DNA of 33,355 nucleotides from an uncultured Syntrophomonadaceae bacterium (GTDB taxonomy: Bacteria; Bacillota; Dethiobacteria; PWVN01): contig CAZIRG010000002.1 of the NCBI GenBank assembly GCA_964541505.1, positions 1 through 33,355 of the forward strand, written 5' to 3'. Positions 14,718 through 24,085 of this stretch are shown piece after piece. Under the pieces are notes generated by a model. The model ran no database searches. It saw only the letters and a program-made list of their open reading frames with translations, and had not been told where the DNA came from. How positions within the stretch are numbered: the first letter of the stretch is position 1; the number at the start of each line of letters is the position of its first letter. The translations under genes were made by a program, and so were the position numbers.

Positions 14718-17162
14718 TTAAAAAACGTTTTCGGAGTTAGTGCCGCAATTCAAAAAAACGGGCAGCAATTTTCTTCTATCGTTATCTAATAGCTGTTTCT
14801 GAAAAACTTGGTAATCAGCTAATAATTTAGTATCTTGCTGAAAAGTAGGAATCGCACTTAGTTTTTTCAGCGAAAAGTCATTGGTATCACTAACTCCTGC
14901 TGCTACTTCTTTTTCTGCTAAAAAGCGAGCGTTTTCTAAAATAGGTAGCCCTCTTTCTATTAAAAAATAGGTTACAGGAGAAGACAATTCGCTGCTTACA
15001 TATTCCTGTAGTTTTTTTAGGTTATAAGGTTTCTTCATTTTAAAGTGCTGGATACCCAACCATAATTTCTGCAAGGATTTTTGGCGAGGGAAAGCTGCCT
15101 CAAAAAGACGAAGATTGTGGTTGTAATCAGTATCTCCAAACAGAAGGTGAACCTTCAGAGGTTGATTTTTCTCCCCCTGCAAGTTCGCCATCAAGGCAAG
15201 AAGACCCTCCCTATGAAAAGGAAGAGACCAAAGAACCAAATGGCCTCCTTCACCTCTAAATCCTGTTGGAAGTTTTTTCCCTTGATGCAAAAACACTATT
15301 TTAGTAGTTTCCAGATTAGCAGACAAAGATTCCTTTTCAGTACGTGTATTAACATATACAATAACATTCTCTGATGTATAGTTGAGCAATTCTTGTAAAT
15401 AAGACATCTTAGCTGTTATTCCTCGCTGATCTACTAGGGAAAAAGTTTTCTCAGACATTAGGTCAGCAAAATCCATATCTTTCACTATTAAGGAAATTTC
15501 TTTTTTGCCCTGCCACAAATTTATTTCAGGGTAAAAAGCCAGACCAAGCTGTTGGTAACAAAGAGGTTTTTCTTCTTGATTGCCATTACTGAAATAAAGC
15601 GCAGAAAAATTAAGACCTTCATTTTCGACCGACAGTTTTAAGTGTTTACCGTTTTTACCTATTTTACGTTTTTTATTAACATAAAAATTACCACCCAAGA
15701 GGGGTCTAGGGTTAGCAAGACCAAAAGGAGCTAGCAAGGAAATTTCTTCCACTAAAGAAAAGGTTAGATCTTTCCCTTTTATCTGGGCATCCAGATATAT
15801 TTTAGAAACTTTCTTTTCTGCATCCATATCCTCTTTAGCTAAAGAATTTAATAACTTACGGAGAGAAGGGATATTTTCTTTTGGCAGAGAGAGTCCTGCT
15901 GCCAGAGCATGTCCGCCATATTTACTGAGAAAAATATCTGCTTTTCTCAGAGCTGCTACCAAATCAAAGCCAGGAACACTACGACCGGAACCTTTTGCTT
16001 TTTGTGCACTATCTATAGACAATAAAATTACCGGTCGAGAAAATGTCTCCAGTAAACGTGAAGCCACAATTCCTAGGACACCCTCATGCCAACCTTCTGC
16101 TTCTAAAATCAGAACAGGGTTATTGTGAAGAATATCTTCCGTTACACGAGCATAAGCTTCTTTAAAAATTTCCCTATCTACTTTTTGTCGCCTAGTATTT
16201 TCTTCGTTTAAATAATTAGCCACCTCTTGTGCAACAGGTGCACACGTAGTCAAAAGAAGCTTAACCCCTGGCCAAGCTTCCCCCATACGTCCGGCAGCAT
16301 TTAAACGTGGTGCCAGATAAAAGCCTATATGCCCTGCATCAATAGACCTTCCTTCCAATCCGGCAACTTCTAAAAGTGCCTTAAGACCTAAGCGCTCTCT
16401 TTTGTTAATTACTTCCAGTCCATATTTGACTAATATTCTATTCTCACCCAAAAGGGGAACTATATCTGCTACTGTACCTAAAGCCACTAAATCTAAGTAC
16501 TTTGCCCCGTTTTCTTTTTGACCAGTTTTGGAAAGAAGAGCCTGTGCCAATTTAAAAGCAACCCCCACTCCAGCCAAATCTTTACAGGGACAGTCTGAAG
16601 TCTCTCGATGAGGATTTATGTGAGCCAGAGCTGTTACTTCTCCTTGCGGTTGATGATGGTCCGTAACAACAATATCTATACCTTTTTCTTGAGCCAGCAT
16701 AATCTCAGAAACAGCATTCTCACCACAATCTACTGTGATTATCAAGCTTACACCATCAGTAGCAGCTTTTTCCAAGGCCTGTTTGTTTAAACCATAACCT
16801 TCGCTAAATCTGTTGGGAATATGGAAGGAAACTTGTGCGCCCAAGTCTTGTAGAAGCGAAGAAAGTAAAGCAGTAGAAGTTATCCCATCTGTGTCATAAT
16901 CCCCGTAAATAAGTATTTTTTCTCTTTGATTAAGGGCAGTTAAAATTCTTGTCACAGCCTCATTCATACCAGTTAAGATAAAAGGGTCGGACAAATCATC
17001 CAGAGATGGGTAAAGAAATTTTCTGGCTTTCAGAGGAGTATCTGCACCTCTATGTAAACATAAGCAAGCAGTTATAGGTGATAACCCCAAACTTTTTGCT
17101 AGAACTGCAACTTTTTCTTTATTTACTTGTCGGTATTGCCATATCTTCTTCTTTTCCAACAT
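14718..17162 (-). CDS. recJ: Single-stranded-DNA-specific exonuclease RecJ
   Basis: DHH motifs (IYGDYDTDGITS, ITVDCG, VTDHHQP) and DHHA1 (GGHALAAG). Start chosen at ATG 17162 (MLEKKKIWQYR), which matches usual RecJ N-terminal length; ATG 17207 is the longest-ORF alternative. Confidence 0.92.
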   Translation of the reverse strand: MLEKKKIWQYRQVNKEKVAVLAKSLGLSPITACLCLHRGADTPLKARKFLYPSLDDLSDPFILTGMNEAVTRILTALNQREKILIYGDYDTDGITSTALLSSLLQDLGAQVSFHIPNRFSEGYGLNKQALEKAATDGVSLIITVDCGENAVSEIMLAQEKGIDIVVTDHHQPQGEVTALAHINPHRETSDCPCKDLAGVGVAFKLAQALLSKTGQKENGAKYLDLVALGTVADIVPLLGENRILVKYGLEVINKRERLGLKALLEVAGLEGRSIDAGHIGFYLAPRLNAAGRMGEAWPGVKLLLTTCAPVAQEVANYLNEENTRRQKVDREIFKEAYARVTEDILHNNPVLILEAEGWHEGVLGIVASRLLETFSRPVILLSIDSAQKAKGSGRSVPGFDLVAALRKADIFLSKYGGHALAAGLSLPKENIPSLRKLLNSLAKEDMDAEKKVSKIYLDAQIKGKDLTFSLVEEISLLAPFGLANPRPLLGGNFYVNKKRKIGKNGKHLKLSVENEGLNFSALYFSNGNQEEKPLCYQQLGLAFYPEINLWQGKKEISLIVKDMDFADLMSEKTFSLVDQRGITAKMSYLQELLNYTSENVIVYVNTRTEKESLSANLETTKIVFLHQGKKLPTGFRGEGGHLVLWSLPFHREGLLALMANLQGEKNQPLKVHLLFGDTDYNHNLRLFEAAFPRQKSLQKLWLGIQHFKMKKPYNLKKLQEYVSSELSSPVTYFLIERGLPILENARFLAEKEVAAGVSDTNDFSLKKLSAIPTFQQDTKLLADYQVFQKQLLDNDRRKLLPVFLNCGTNSENVF

Positions 17163-17517
17163 CTTTCTTGTCTGCCATCCCCTCTCCGTTAATATCGAGG
17201 GATACATCTCCCAAACCTTCTGAAGAAGTTTGTCCCTTTTCTAATTTAACTCTTTTTTCTTCATTCTCCTCCTGCAGCTTCTTTATTTCTTTTTTTAATT
17301 TGCGCATCTCCAAAGTTATTTGCACATTGCGAACTAAACTAAAAAAAACAACAATGAGCGCTCCTGCTGCTGCCGAACCAAGAATGATCAGAACAGCAGA
17401 AATCTCCACAGTGCGGAATAGTAGATTGATAGTAACGATTTCAGTGTTTAAAATAGCAAAAAGAGCAACCAAAAGACTAAAAAGTAAAGCAACAATAACT
17501 GACCATTGATTTTTCAT
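17119..17517 (-). CDS. LapA/DUF1049-like small membrane protein with a coiled-coil, acidic C-terminal tail
   Basis: Two TM helices (WSVIVALLFSLLVALFAIL, AVLIILGSAAAGALIVVFFSL), then KLKKEIKKLQEENEEKRVKLEK. ATG 17517 is preceded by GAGGGGTGA. The 3' end overlaps the proposed recJ start by 44 nt. Confidence 0.6.
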   Translation of the reverse strand: MKNQWSVIVALLFSLLVALFAILNTEIVTINLLFRTVEISAVLIILGSAAAGALIVVFFSLVRNVQITLEMRKLKKEIKKLQEENEEKRVKLEKGQTSSEGLGDVSLDINGEGMADKKDVGKEEDMAIPTSK

Positions 17518-17540
17518 CTTTTTCACCCCTCGTTTTAATT

Positions 17541-17576
17541 AATAGACACTGATTTAGATGATTTACGCTGATTTTT
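17541..17576. repeat. Second copy of the 'TAGACACTGATTT...' element
   Basis: aatagacactgatttagatgatttacgctgattttt. Three TGATTT motifs spaced 9-10 nt apart. Lies 24 nt upstream of the LapA-like start. Confidence 0.7.
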
Positions 17577-17664
17577 ATCCTCTAATATTTTTAAAAAAAG
17601 AAAATTCCTACAGAATCTATTTATTATTTCGCTATTCGTCGGCTAATTTCCTGCCCTCTGATAT

Positions 17665-17776
17665 TGGAAGTTGGATGTGGGAGGTTGGAAGGAAGTTTGA
17701 AAATCAACACTTAGTATCTATTCTGTCCTCGCTCCTACCCCCCCGTCCAACCTCTAACCCCTAACCTCTAACCTCT
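17665..17776. repeat. Inverted pair of low-complexity arms: G-rich arm 17665-17700 (reverse complement of the 5794-5832 family) and C-rich arm with an AACCTCT-type heptamer x4 (17749-17776)
   Basis: The reverse complement of 17665-17700 is tcaaacttccttccaacctcccacatccaacttccaa. GGAGGTTGGA (17680-17689) can pair with TCCAACCTCT (17746-17755). Confidence 0.7.
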
Positions 17777-17821
17777 AAAATGAGGGGGACATACCTCCTC
17801 TTGAAAGGAAATGTGTCCCCC
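17776..17821 (-). terminator. Probable secDF operon terminator
   Basis: On the minus strand GGGGGACA...TGTCCCCC (17821-17784) extends to about 18 bp with one mismatch and several G-U pairs, followed by TCATTTTAG. Confidence 0.6.
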
Positions 17822-17964
17822 TACCTATAAGAGATGTCATATCTCCACAAGCATTAATTCCTGTTTGCCCGACGGTACTAAATTGCTTTAAGCCAGCACC
17901 AATGCTTTTATCCCCCTAGCAAGCCGATAAGGTTTTCAGCTAACTTTCCTTATAACATAATCTC

Positions 17965-18867
17965 TCAGGTTGTGCGAATCGCATTTCTACGCTCCCGAAA
18001 CTCTTTCCAGGAAAGCCAAACTTGGCTGGCAATAAATATGGAGGAATAAGTGCCTGTTACCACCCCGATAAGAAGAGCAATGATAAAAGGCTGAATAGTG
18101 ACTCCTCCGAGAAAGAACAAGGATAACAAAACCACTAAAGTCGTCGCAGAAGTGTTGATTGATCTAATCAGAGTTTGGGTTATACTCCGGTTTATCAGCT
18201 CTGCAAAATCTGCCTTTCTTCTTCCTTTAAGATTCTCCCGAATACGATCAAAAATAACAATGGTATCATTTATAGAATAACCTATAATAGTTAGAATAGC
18301 AGCAATAAAAGGGCTGTTTATTTCTATCTGCAAGAGAGAAAAAAAGGTCAAAACAATCAAGGCATCATGCACAAGAGCTGCTATAGCAGCAATCGCAAAC
18401 TTAAATTCAAAACGTATGGTGATATAGATAATCACCCCTAGTATGGCTATCAACAGAGCCCAGAAGGCTCGCTGACGTAATTCCTCTCCGATGGTAGGTC
18501 CTACATTTTCTATGCTCATATCAGTGCTAGCAATATGCGGCCAATGCGTTTGAAAAGCAGCAATAACCTCATTGCGCTTCTCTCCAGATAAAGAAGGTGT
18601 TATCAGAATAACTTCCCTGTCCTCACCCCCTAGAAGATCCCCGGCTTTCTGCACCTGGCTTCCCTGTAAATCAAAAGGTGTTAAAAGCTCTCTTACCTCG
18701 TCAACAGTAAATTCTTGCCCAATCTTAAAGTGTAGGCGAGTACCTCCGGTAAAATCTATGCCTACATTAAGACCAAGAGTTAAGAAACTGATCGCGCCTA
18801 TCAAAAGAATTGTCAAAGAGATAATATAAGCAATTTTTCTGTATTCTACAAATTTATATTTAAACAT
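17965..18867 (-). CDS. secF: Protein translocase subunit SecF
   Basis: SecF pattern (GIDFTGGT, six TM helices, INDTIVIFDRIREN). ATG at 18867 overlaps the secD stop (TAATG) and has GGGGGTGAAGGG upstream. Confidence 0.93.
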   Translation of the reverse strand: MFKYKFVEYRKIAYIISLTILLIGAISFLTLGLNVGIDFTGGTRLHFKIGQEFTVDEVRELLTPFDLQGSQVQKAGDLLGGEDREVILITPSLSGEKRNEVIAAFQTHWPHIASTDMSIENVGPTIGEELRQRAFWALLIAILGVIIYITIRFEFKFAIAAIAALVHDALIVLTFFSLLQIEINSPFIAAILTIIGYSINDTIVIFDRIRENLKGRRKADFAELINRSITQTLIRSINTSATTLVVLLSLFFLGGVTIQPFIIALLIGVVTGTYSSIFIASQVWLSWKEFRERRNAIRTT

Positions 18868-20102
18868 TAACCCTTCACCCCCATATACCAAGGATTTTTA
18901 ACCAAGTTAGCTCTTAAAACCAAGCGCAACAAAAACCTGGTCAATACGATTGCCGTAAACATACTTGTCAGAATACCGATGCTAAGAGTTAGTGCAAATC
19001 CTTTAATAGGACCAGTGCCATAGGAGAAAAGAACGGCAGCAGCAATGAGGGTAGTAATATTTGCATCCAAAATAGTTCTAAAAGCCCTCTGGAACCCTGA
19101 TTCTACCCCGGTTCTGACAGTACGCCCGGAACGCAGTTCCTCTTTGATTCTTTCAAAGATAATGACATTGGCATCTACAGCCATACCGATAGACAGAATA
19201 ATTCCGGCTACGCCCGGTAAAGTTAAAGTAGCCCCAAACCCAGATAGTACTCCCAGCACAATGACCAAATATAAAGCTAGGGTAAAGTTAGCTACTAATC
19301 CCAAAAACCGGTAGTAGAGAAGCATAAACAACAAAACCAGTCCTAGCCCCAAGATACCTGCCATAGCTCCTCTTTCTAAAGAATCACGACCCAGTGTCGG
19401 ACCGACAGAGCGTGTTTCCAATTCTACCAGCTCTACCGGCAATGCCCCAGAGCGCAAAGTAAGAGCTAAATCTGCTGCTTCTTCAAAAGTAAAATCTCCA
19501 CTTATTTGAGCGTTACCCCCAGTGATGACGCTGTTGACAATAGGCGCAGAAACCAATTCACCATCTAAAAAAATGCCTATTATCTGTCGGAGATATTTTT
19601 CGGTTGCCGCAGCAAACTTCTGTGTACCTTCTGGATTAAATTCCAATGATACAGCAGGTTGTCCCATATCATCCCTAGAAACAAAGGCATCTGCTAAATC
19701 TGTGCCTGTCAAGAGAATATCTCCCTCCGGACTTACAAATGTCAGTAAAGCCGTACGACCTATTATCTCCATAGCCCGGGCTTGATCGTCAATGCCAGGG
19801 AGTTCTATCAGAATCCTGTTCTCACCCTCCTGCCTGATTTCTGGCTCAGCCACACCAAACTCATCTACCCGGCGGCGAATAATAGTAATGGCTCGCTGCA
19901 AGGCATCCTGTTGGTCAAGTCCTTCCACAGTTTCCCTGGCTTCCAGAAGAACATAAACCCCACCTTTTAAGTCCAATCCAAGCTTTAAAGCAGCGGCATC
20001 TGGTCTGAATAACTCAGAATAGCCATATCCCGCAGCCAGAACAAATACTATTACAGTTAGAATAAGTAAAACCAAACTTTTACGTGTACGATTGCGATGC
20101 AT
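18867..20102 (-). CDS. secD: Protein translocase subunit SecD
   Basis: LGLDLKGGV, periplasmic domain, and C-terminal six-TM domain with VDANVIIFERIKEE. GGAGGGGGG SD. Confidence 0.93.
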   Translation of the reverse strand: MHRNRTRKSLVLLILTVIVFVLAAGYGYSELFRPDAAALKLGLDLKGGVYVLLEARETVEGLDQQDALQRAITIIRRRVDEFGVAEPEIRQEGENRILIELPGIDDQARAMEIIGRTALLTFVSPEGDILLTGTDLADAFVSRDDMGQPAVSLEFNPEGTQKFAAATEKYLRQIIGIFLDGELVSAPIVNSVITGGNAQISGDFTFEEAADLALTLRSGALPVELVELETRSVGPTLGRDSLERGAMAGILGLGLVLLFMLLYYRFLGLVANFTLALYLVIVLGVLSGFGATLTLPGVAGIILSIGMAVDANVIIFERIKEELRSGRTVRTGVESGFQRAFRTILDANITTLIAAAVLFSYGTGPIKGFALTLSIGILTSMFTAIVLTRFLLRLVLRANLVKNPWYMGVKG

Positions 20103-20144
20103 ACTTTCCCCCCTCCACTTCTTCCTTTAGAATTCACAAGCATA

Positions 20145-20173
20145 ATTATACTCATACTGTCGGTAAAAGTCAA
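20145..20173 (-). promoter_or_regulatory. SigA-type promoter for secDF
   Basis: Minus strand: TTGACT (20173-20168), 17-nt spacer, TATAAT (20150-20145), about 40 nt upstream of the secD ATG. Confidence 0.7.
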
Positions 20174-20183
20174 AAAAAATTAC

Positions 20184-21278
20184 CTAAAACTCAGCAACAA
20201 TCTCTTCTATCCCTTTCCTTATAAGAGAGGGGGAAATATTTGAAACAATTTCAACCTGTCCTATGTCCCTGGATAAAATCAGCGGTATGCTCCCCTGACG
20301 TTTCTTTTTATCATGTTGCATAGCTGTTTCTATTTCTGCTGCTTTAATTCCTACTGGTAAGGCGGGAAAACCTACTCGTTTGATCAATTCTTCGATTCTT
20401 TTTCCTTGTGTAGGTTCAAGAAGGCTCATTTTAACTGCTAGTCGAGATGACCAGATCATACCTATACCAACAGCTTCACCATGCAGATAATATTTATATG
20501 CTGTCACTCTCTCCAAGGCATGACCAAAGGTATGTCCAAAGTTTAAAACCATGCGTGGACCGTCTTCTTTTTCATCCTGCAAAACAATATCTCTTTTTAT
20601 GCAGCAGGAAGTCAAAATAATCTTTAGCAAGTCCTTCGGTAAAAATTTTTCGCCAAAAGAAAATTTTTGCTCCAAAAAAGCAAAAAGTGCAGCATCCGAA
20701 ATAACTCCGTATTTAATTACTTCCATAACACCTGACCTAAACTCTCGTTCAGGCAAAGAATTTAAAGTATCTATATCTGTAACGACCAGGCGAGGTTGGT
20801 GAAAAAACCCCAGTAGATTTTTTCCTATCGGATGATTTACAGCCACTTTTCCACCTACACTGCTATCTACTTGGGCCAGAAGAGTAGTAGGGATCTGTAC
20901 ATATGGAATTCCTCTCATATAGGAAGCAGCACAAAAGCCCGTTAAATCACCTACAGCTCCTCCTCCGAGTGCTGCCATAAAATCTTCTCTGCCCATTTGA
21001 TGTTTTAAGGCCGCAGAAGTTACTATCTCTACCTGTTTTAGCTCCTTGGCCTTTTCTCCTACTGGTACTTGAAAAAGAGAAGGCTTAAAATCTGCCTCCT
21101 GCAGGGAAGTAAAAACCTGATCGCCAAAAAGTGGTAAAGTGTTATTATCAGCGATTATTAAAACCCGCAAGGCAACAGGAAAAATTTCCTTCAAAAAAAC
21201 CCCTAGCTTATTTAAAATTTTTTTTCCTATGCGAATATTATAAGCTTTATCTTGTAAATTTACCCTGACAGTGGGCAT
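20184..21278 (-). CDS. aroB: 3-dehydroquinate synthase
   Basis: GGGAVGDLTGF nucleotide-binding loop, VDSSVGGKVAVNHP and metal-binding HTFGHALE...HGEAV. Start at ATG 21278 with AGGAGGG 5 nt upstream. Confidence 0.93.
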   Translation of the reverse strand: MPTVRVNLQDKAYNIRIGKKILNKLGVFLKEIFPVALRVLIIADNNTLPLFGDQVFTSLQEADFKPSLFQVPVGEKAKELKQVEIVTSAALKHQMGREDFMAALGGGAVGDLTGFCAASYMRGIPYVQIPTTLLAQVDSSVGGKVAVNHPIGKNLLGFFHQPRLVVTDIDTLNSLPEREFRSGVMEVIKYGVISDAALFAFLEQKFSFGEKFLPKDLLKIILTSCCIKRDIVLQDEKEDGPRMVLNFGHTFGHALERVTAYKYYLHGEAVGIGMIWSSRLAVKMSLLEPTQGKRIEELIKRVGFPALPVGIKAAEIETAMQHDKKKRQGSIPLILSRDIGQVEIVSNISPSLIRKGIEEIVAEF

Positions 21279-21343
21279 TATTTCCCTCCTCTCGAACACT
21301 TCACCAACTCAGCGGTGAACCGTAAACTTCAAACTTTTTACCT

Positions 21344-22507
21344 CTACCTCCATTTCAAATACTCCTTATACCTTCGATAATTATCTTTAATTTCTGTCAG
21401 ATTATCGCCACCAAACTTTTCTAGAAAAGCTACTGCCAGTTCCCAAGCGAGAACAGCCTCCCCAACTACAGAAGCCGCTGGAACAGCACATATATCCGAC
21501 CTCTCTACCTGTGCCTTGTGCTCAGCATGTGTGCTCATATCTATACTTCTTAATGGTTGATAAAGGGTAGGAATAGGCTTTAATGCTGCCCGGACAACTA
21601 TAGGAGAACCGTTGCTGAGACCACCTTCAATCCCTCCTGCGTTGTTAGTTAAACGATAATATCCTTCTCTTTGTTTGTAAAAAATTTCATCATGAACCTT
21701 GGAACCAGGAGATGCAGCCGCAGCAAAGCCTTGCCCTATTTCTACCCCTTTTACGGCTTGAATACTCATAAAAGCTCTAGCTAAAAGTCCATCTAGTCGC
21801 CGATCCCAGTGAACATGACTTCCCAGTCCCGGAGGAACGTTTAAGGCTACAACTTCAAAAACTCCTCCCAAAGAATTACCAGCTTCCTTACTTTCATTTA
21901 TTTTATTAATCATTTTTTGTTCTGCTGAAGAATCGGCACAATACAAAAGAGACTTTCTGGCTTTCGATTCTATCTCCCGATGAGATTGTTCTTTGCAGTC
22001 AGCTTTAATATCACCAATAGCTAGGACGTGACTATAAATATGTATGTCAACCTCTGCCAGCAGGAAATAAGCTACACTGCCTACAGCAACCCGCATAGCT
22101 GTTTCTCTGGCACTAGCTCTTTCCAACACGTTCCGCAAATCTTTATGATTGTACTTTAATCCCCCAGGTAAATCAGCATGTCCGGGTCGGGGTTGGGTAA
22201 TAATCTCCAAATCCGCAGGGGACTCTTCCATAGGAGACATCTTTTGCTGCCAATTAGAAAAATCATGATTGGAAATATTAAGGGCTAATGGTGCTCCTGT
22301 TGTATAAGAAAAACGCACACCTCCTGTAAACTCTACCATATCTTTCTCAATCTGCATCCTGCCACCCCGACCATAACCCCCTTGGCGGCGAGTTAGTTGA
22401 AGATTGATATATTCTAAATCCAGCTGCAAACCGGCCGGAAAACCTTCAATTATTCCTGTTAGACAAGGACCGTGAGATTCACCGGCACTTAAATAACGCA
22501 AAACCAT
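21344..22507 (-). CDS. aroC: Chorismate synthase
   Basis: MVLRYLSAGESHGP N-terminus, GRMQIE, RPGHAD, ERSDICAVPAA. ATG 22507 with AGGAGG 8 nt upstream. The 28-codon ORF-track extension is non-coding leader. Confidence 0.95.
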   Translation of the reverse strand: MVLRYLSAGESHGPCLTGIIEGFPAGLQLDLEYINLQLTRRQGGYGRGGRMQIEKDMVEFTGGVRFSYTTGAPLALNISNHDFSNWQQKMSPMEESPADLEIITQPRPGHADLPGGLKYNHKDLRNVLERASARETAMRVAVGSVAYFLLAEVDIHIYSHVLAIGDIKADCKEQSHREIESKARKSLLYCADSSAEQKMINKINESKEAGNSLGGVFEVVALNVPPGLGSHVHWDRRLDGLLARAFMSIQAVKGVEIGQGFAAAASPGSKVHDEIFYKQREGYYRLTNNAGGIEGGLSNGSPIVVRAALKPIPTLYQPLRSIDMSTHAEHKAQVERSDICAVPAASVVGEAVLAWELAVAFLEKFGGDNLTEIKDNYRRYKEYLKWR

Positions 22508-22592
22508 AAAAATAACCTCCTTCCAGAACCTAGGGGACAGTTCTTGCGGTTGTGCTTGCGGTTGCAAAAAGCAGAGAGATTTCACCACCACT

Positions 22593-23393
22593 CTAGATCG
22601 TCATGTAATAACGCTGGCGATGACTAAAAAGAGCCACACGCCGATACCCAATATCACGCAACAGAACAATTGCTTCTGCCAATCCTTTCCCAACATCATC
22701 GGGCAAATGAGCATCAGAACCTAATGTCAGCGGGATATCATTTTGAAAGCAAGCTTCCAAAAAAGATCGTGATGGATACTGTTCTGCAACTGGAGAACGC
22801 CAACCAGAGGTGTTAACCTCTACGCAAATATCAGCTTGCCTTATGGTGGCTATAATTTCCGGTAACATTAGCTGCCATTCTTTTTCCTCAAGACAGTAAC
22901 CAAATTTTTTAACTACATCAGCATGACCTATAATATCAAAAAGGCGACTAACTACCATTTTTTTTAATTGCTGAAAATATTTCCTATAAATTGATTTGAT
23001 ACAGCCAATCTCAAATTTTTTTGCCTGCGCAGGATGGGTAAAATCCCAATCATCAAGAAAGTGAATCGAACCAATAACATAATCAAATGGATAAGAAGAA
23101 ATAAGCTGGCGAGTCAATGTTTCCTGCCCCGGCAGATAGTCTATTTCAGCTCCCAAGCGTACAGTTATATTGGCAGCTGCGTCGCGTAGAGAAGATATAT
23201 CACTAATGTATTCCTCCAACTCTTTACCAGACATAGTTACTTTGTTTTTAGGAGTATAATTTAAAAGTTCCAGAGGAAAGTGATCGGCAAAGCCTATTTC
23301 CGCAAGACCTTTTTCTTGCGCAAAACTCAGATACTCTTCGATTTCACCTGCCGCATGATGACAGCGTTTCGTATGTAAATGATAATCAATCAC
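22593..23393 (-). CDS. hisJ: Histidinol-phosphatase, PHP (HisJ/HisK) family
   Basis: DYHLHT...H motif, GSIHF, GHAD and GSDAH metal ligands, plus position at the end of the his cluster. GTG start overlaps the hisIE stop (GTGA). Confidence 0.8.
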   Translation of the reverse strand: MIDYHLHTKRCHHAAGEIEEYLSFAQEKGLAEIGFADHFPLELLNYTPKNKVTMSGKELEEYISDISSLRDAAANITVRLGAEIDYLPGQETLTRQLISSYPFDYVIGSIHFLDDWDFTHPAQAKKFEIGCIKSIYRKYFQQLKKMVVSRLFDIIGHADVVKKFGYCLEEKEWQLMLPEIIATIRQADICVEVNTSGWRSPVAEQYPSRSFLEACFQNDIPLTLGSDAHLPDDVGKGLAEAIVLLRDIGYRRVALFSHRQRYYMTI

Positions 23394-24085
23394 TGGTTTT
23401 CTCCTTTTTTGGGTTGGTTTCGTTTAACTAATTCTGCCATTACCTGGCGATAACTTACCCCTTTGGCTTGTAAAACCAGAAGGAGGTGGAAAATAAGGTC
23501 TCCTGCTTCATAAATCAATTCTTCGGAGCTATCATTTTTTGCTGCAATAACTACTTCGGCTCCTTCTTCTCCTATTTTTTTCAATATGCTATCCAATCCA
23601 CGAGCAAATAGAGAAGCAACATAGCTGTTTTTAAAGCTTTCTCGCGAGCGGCGTTCAGCAATAATCTCTTCCAATACAAGAGGGAAATCTTGTAGTTTGC
23701 CTTGTGAAGATTTGTCTTGTAAAGAATCGCTATCAGGATCATCCTTGACCATAAGATTACTAAAACAACTTTTTTCTCCCAGGTGACAGGCAACACCATG
23801 CTGTCGAACTTTGAGAAGTAAAGTATCGGCATCACAATCATAGTAAATAGATTTTACTTCTTGAAAATGTCCGGAAGTAGCTCCTTTTGACCAAAGTTCT
23901 TGGCGACTTCTACTATAAAAGCAGGTCATGCCACTTTCTAAAGTTCTTTTTAGTGACTCTTCATTCATATAAGCCAACATAAGAACTTCCCCTGTGCTGA
24001 ACTCCTGTACAATAGCAGGAATAAGCCCTTCTTTATTATACGTTAATCCTATATCAGTCAATTGTTTGAGTACTTTAAGTGGCAC
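23390..24085 (-). CDS. hisIE: Bifunctional phosphoribosyl-AMP cyclohydrolase / phosphoribosyl-ATP pyrophosphatase
   Basis: HisI part (GLIPAIVQE...[10 protein letters not shown]...[11 protein letters not shown]...ACH) and HisE part (SYVASLF...[16 protein letters not shown]...[12 protein letters not shown]). Confidence 0.92.
   Translation of the reverse strand: MPLKVLKQLTDIGLTYNKEGLIPAIVQEFSTGEVLMLAYMNEESLKRTLESGMTCFYSRSRQELWSKGATSGHFQEVKSIYYDCDADTLLLKVRQHGVACHLGEKSCFSNLMVKDDPDSDSLQDKSSQGKLQDFPLVLEEIIAERRSRESFKNSYVASLFARGLDSILKKIGEEGAEVVIAAKNDSSEELIYEAGDLIFHLLLVLQAKGVSYRQVMAELVKRNQPKKGENQ

Noticed and set aside
22508-22591. Long N-terminal extensions suggested by the ORF track: aroC to 22591, LRR protein to 27736, aroB to 21299, hisG to 29159, bshB1 to 31307, PPC protein to 840, small ORF to 4355
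   Set aside because: In each case an internal ATG has a strong AGGAGG-type SD at 5-9 nt and restores the canonical family N-terminus. The extensions lack an SD and run through leader or upstream-gene sequence.
23581-23841. 86-aa minus-strand ORF nested in another frame of hisIE; also 6994-7206 inside the M16 gene, 4153-4377 and 4035-4226 around the small basic ORF
   Set aside because: These are alternative frames of sequences already explained by a conserved protein. They have no independent translation signals.
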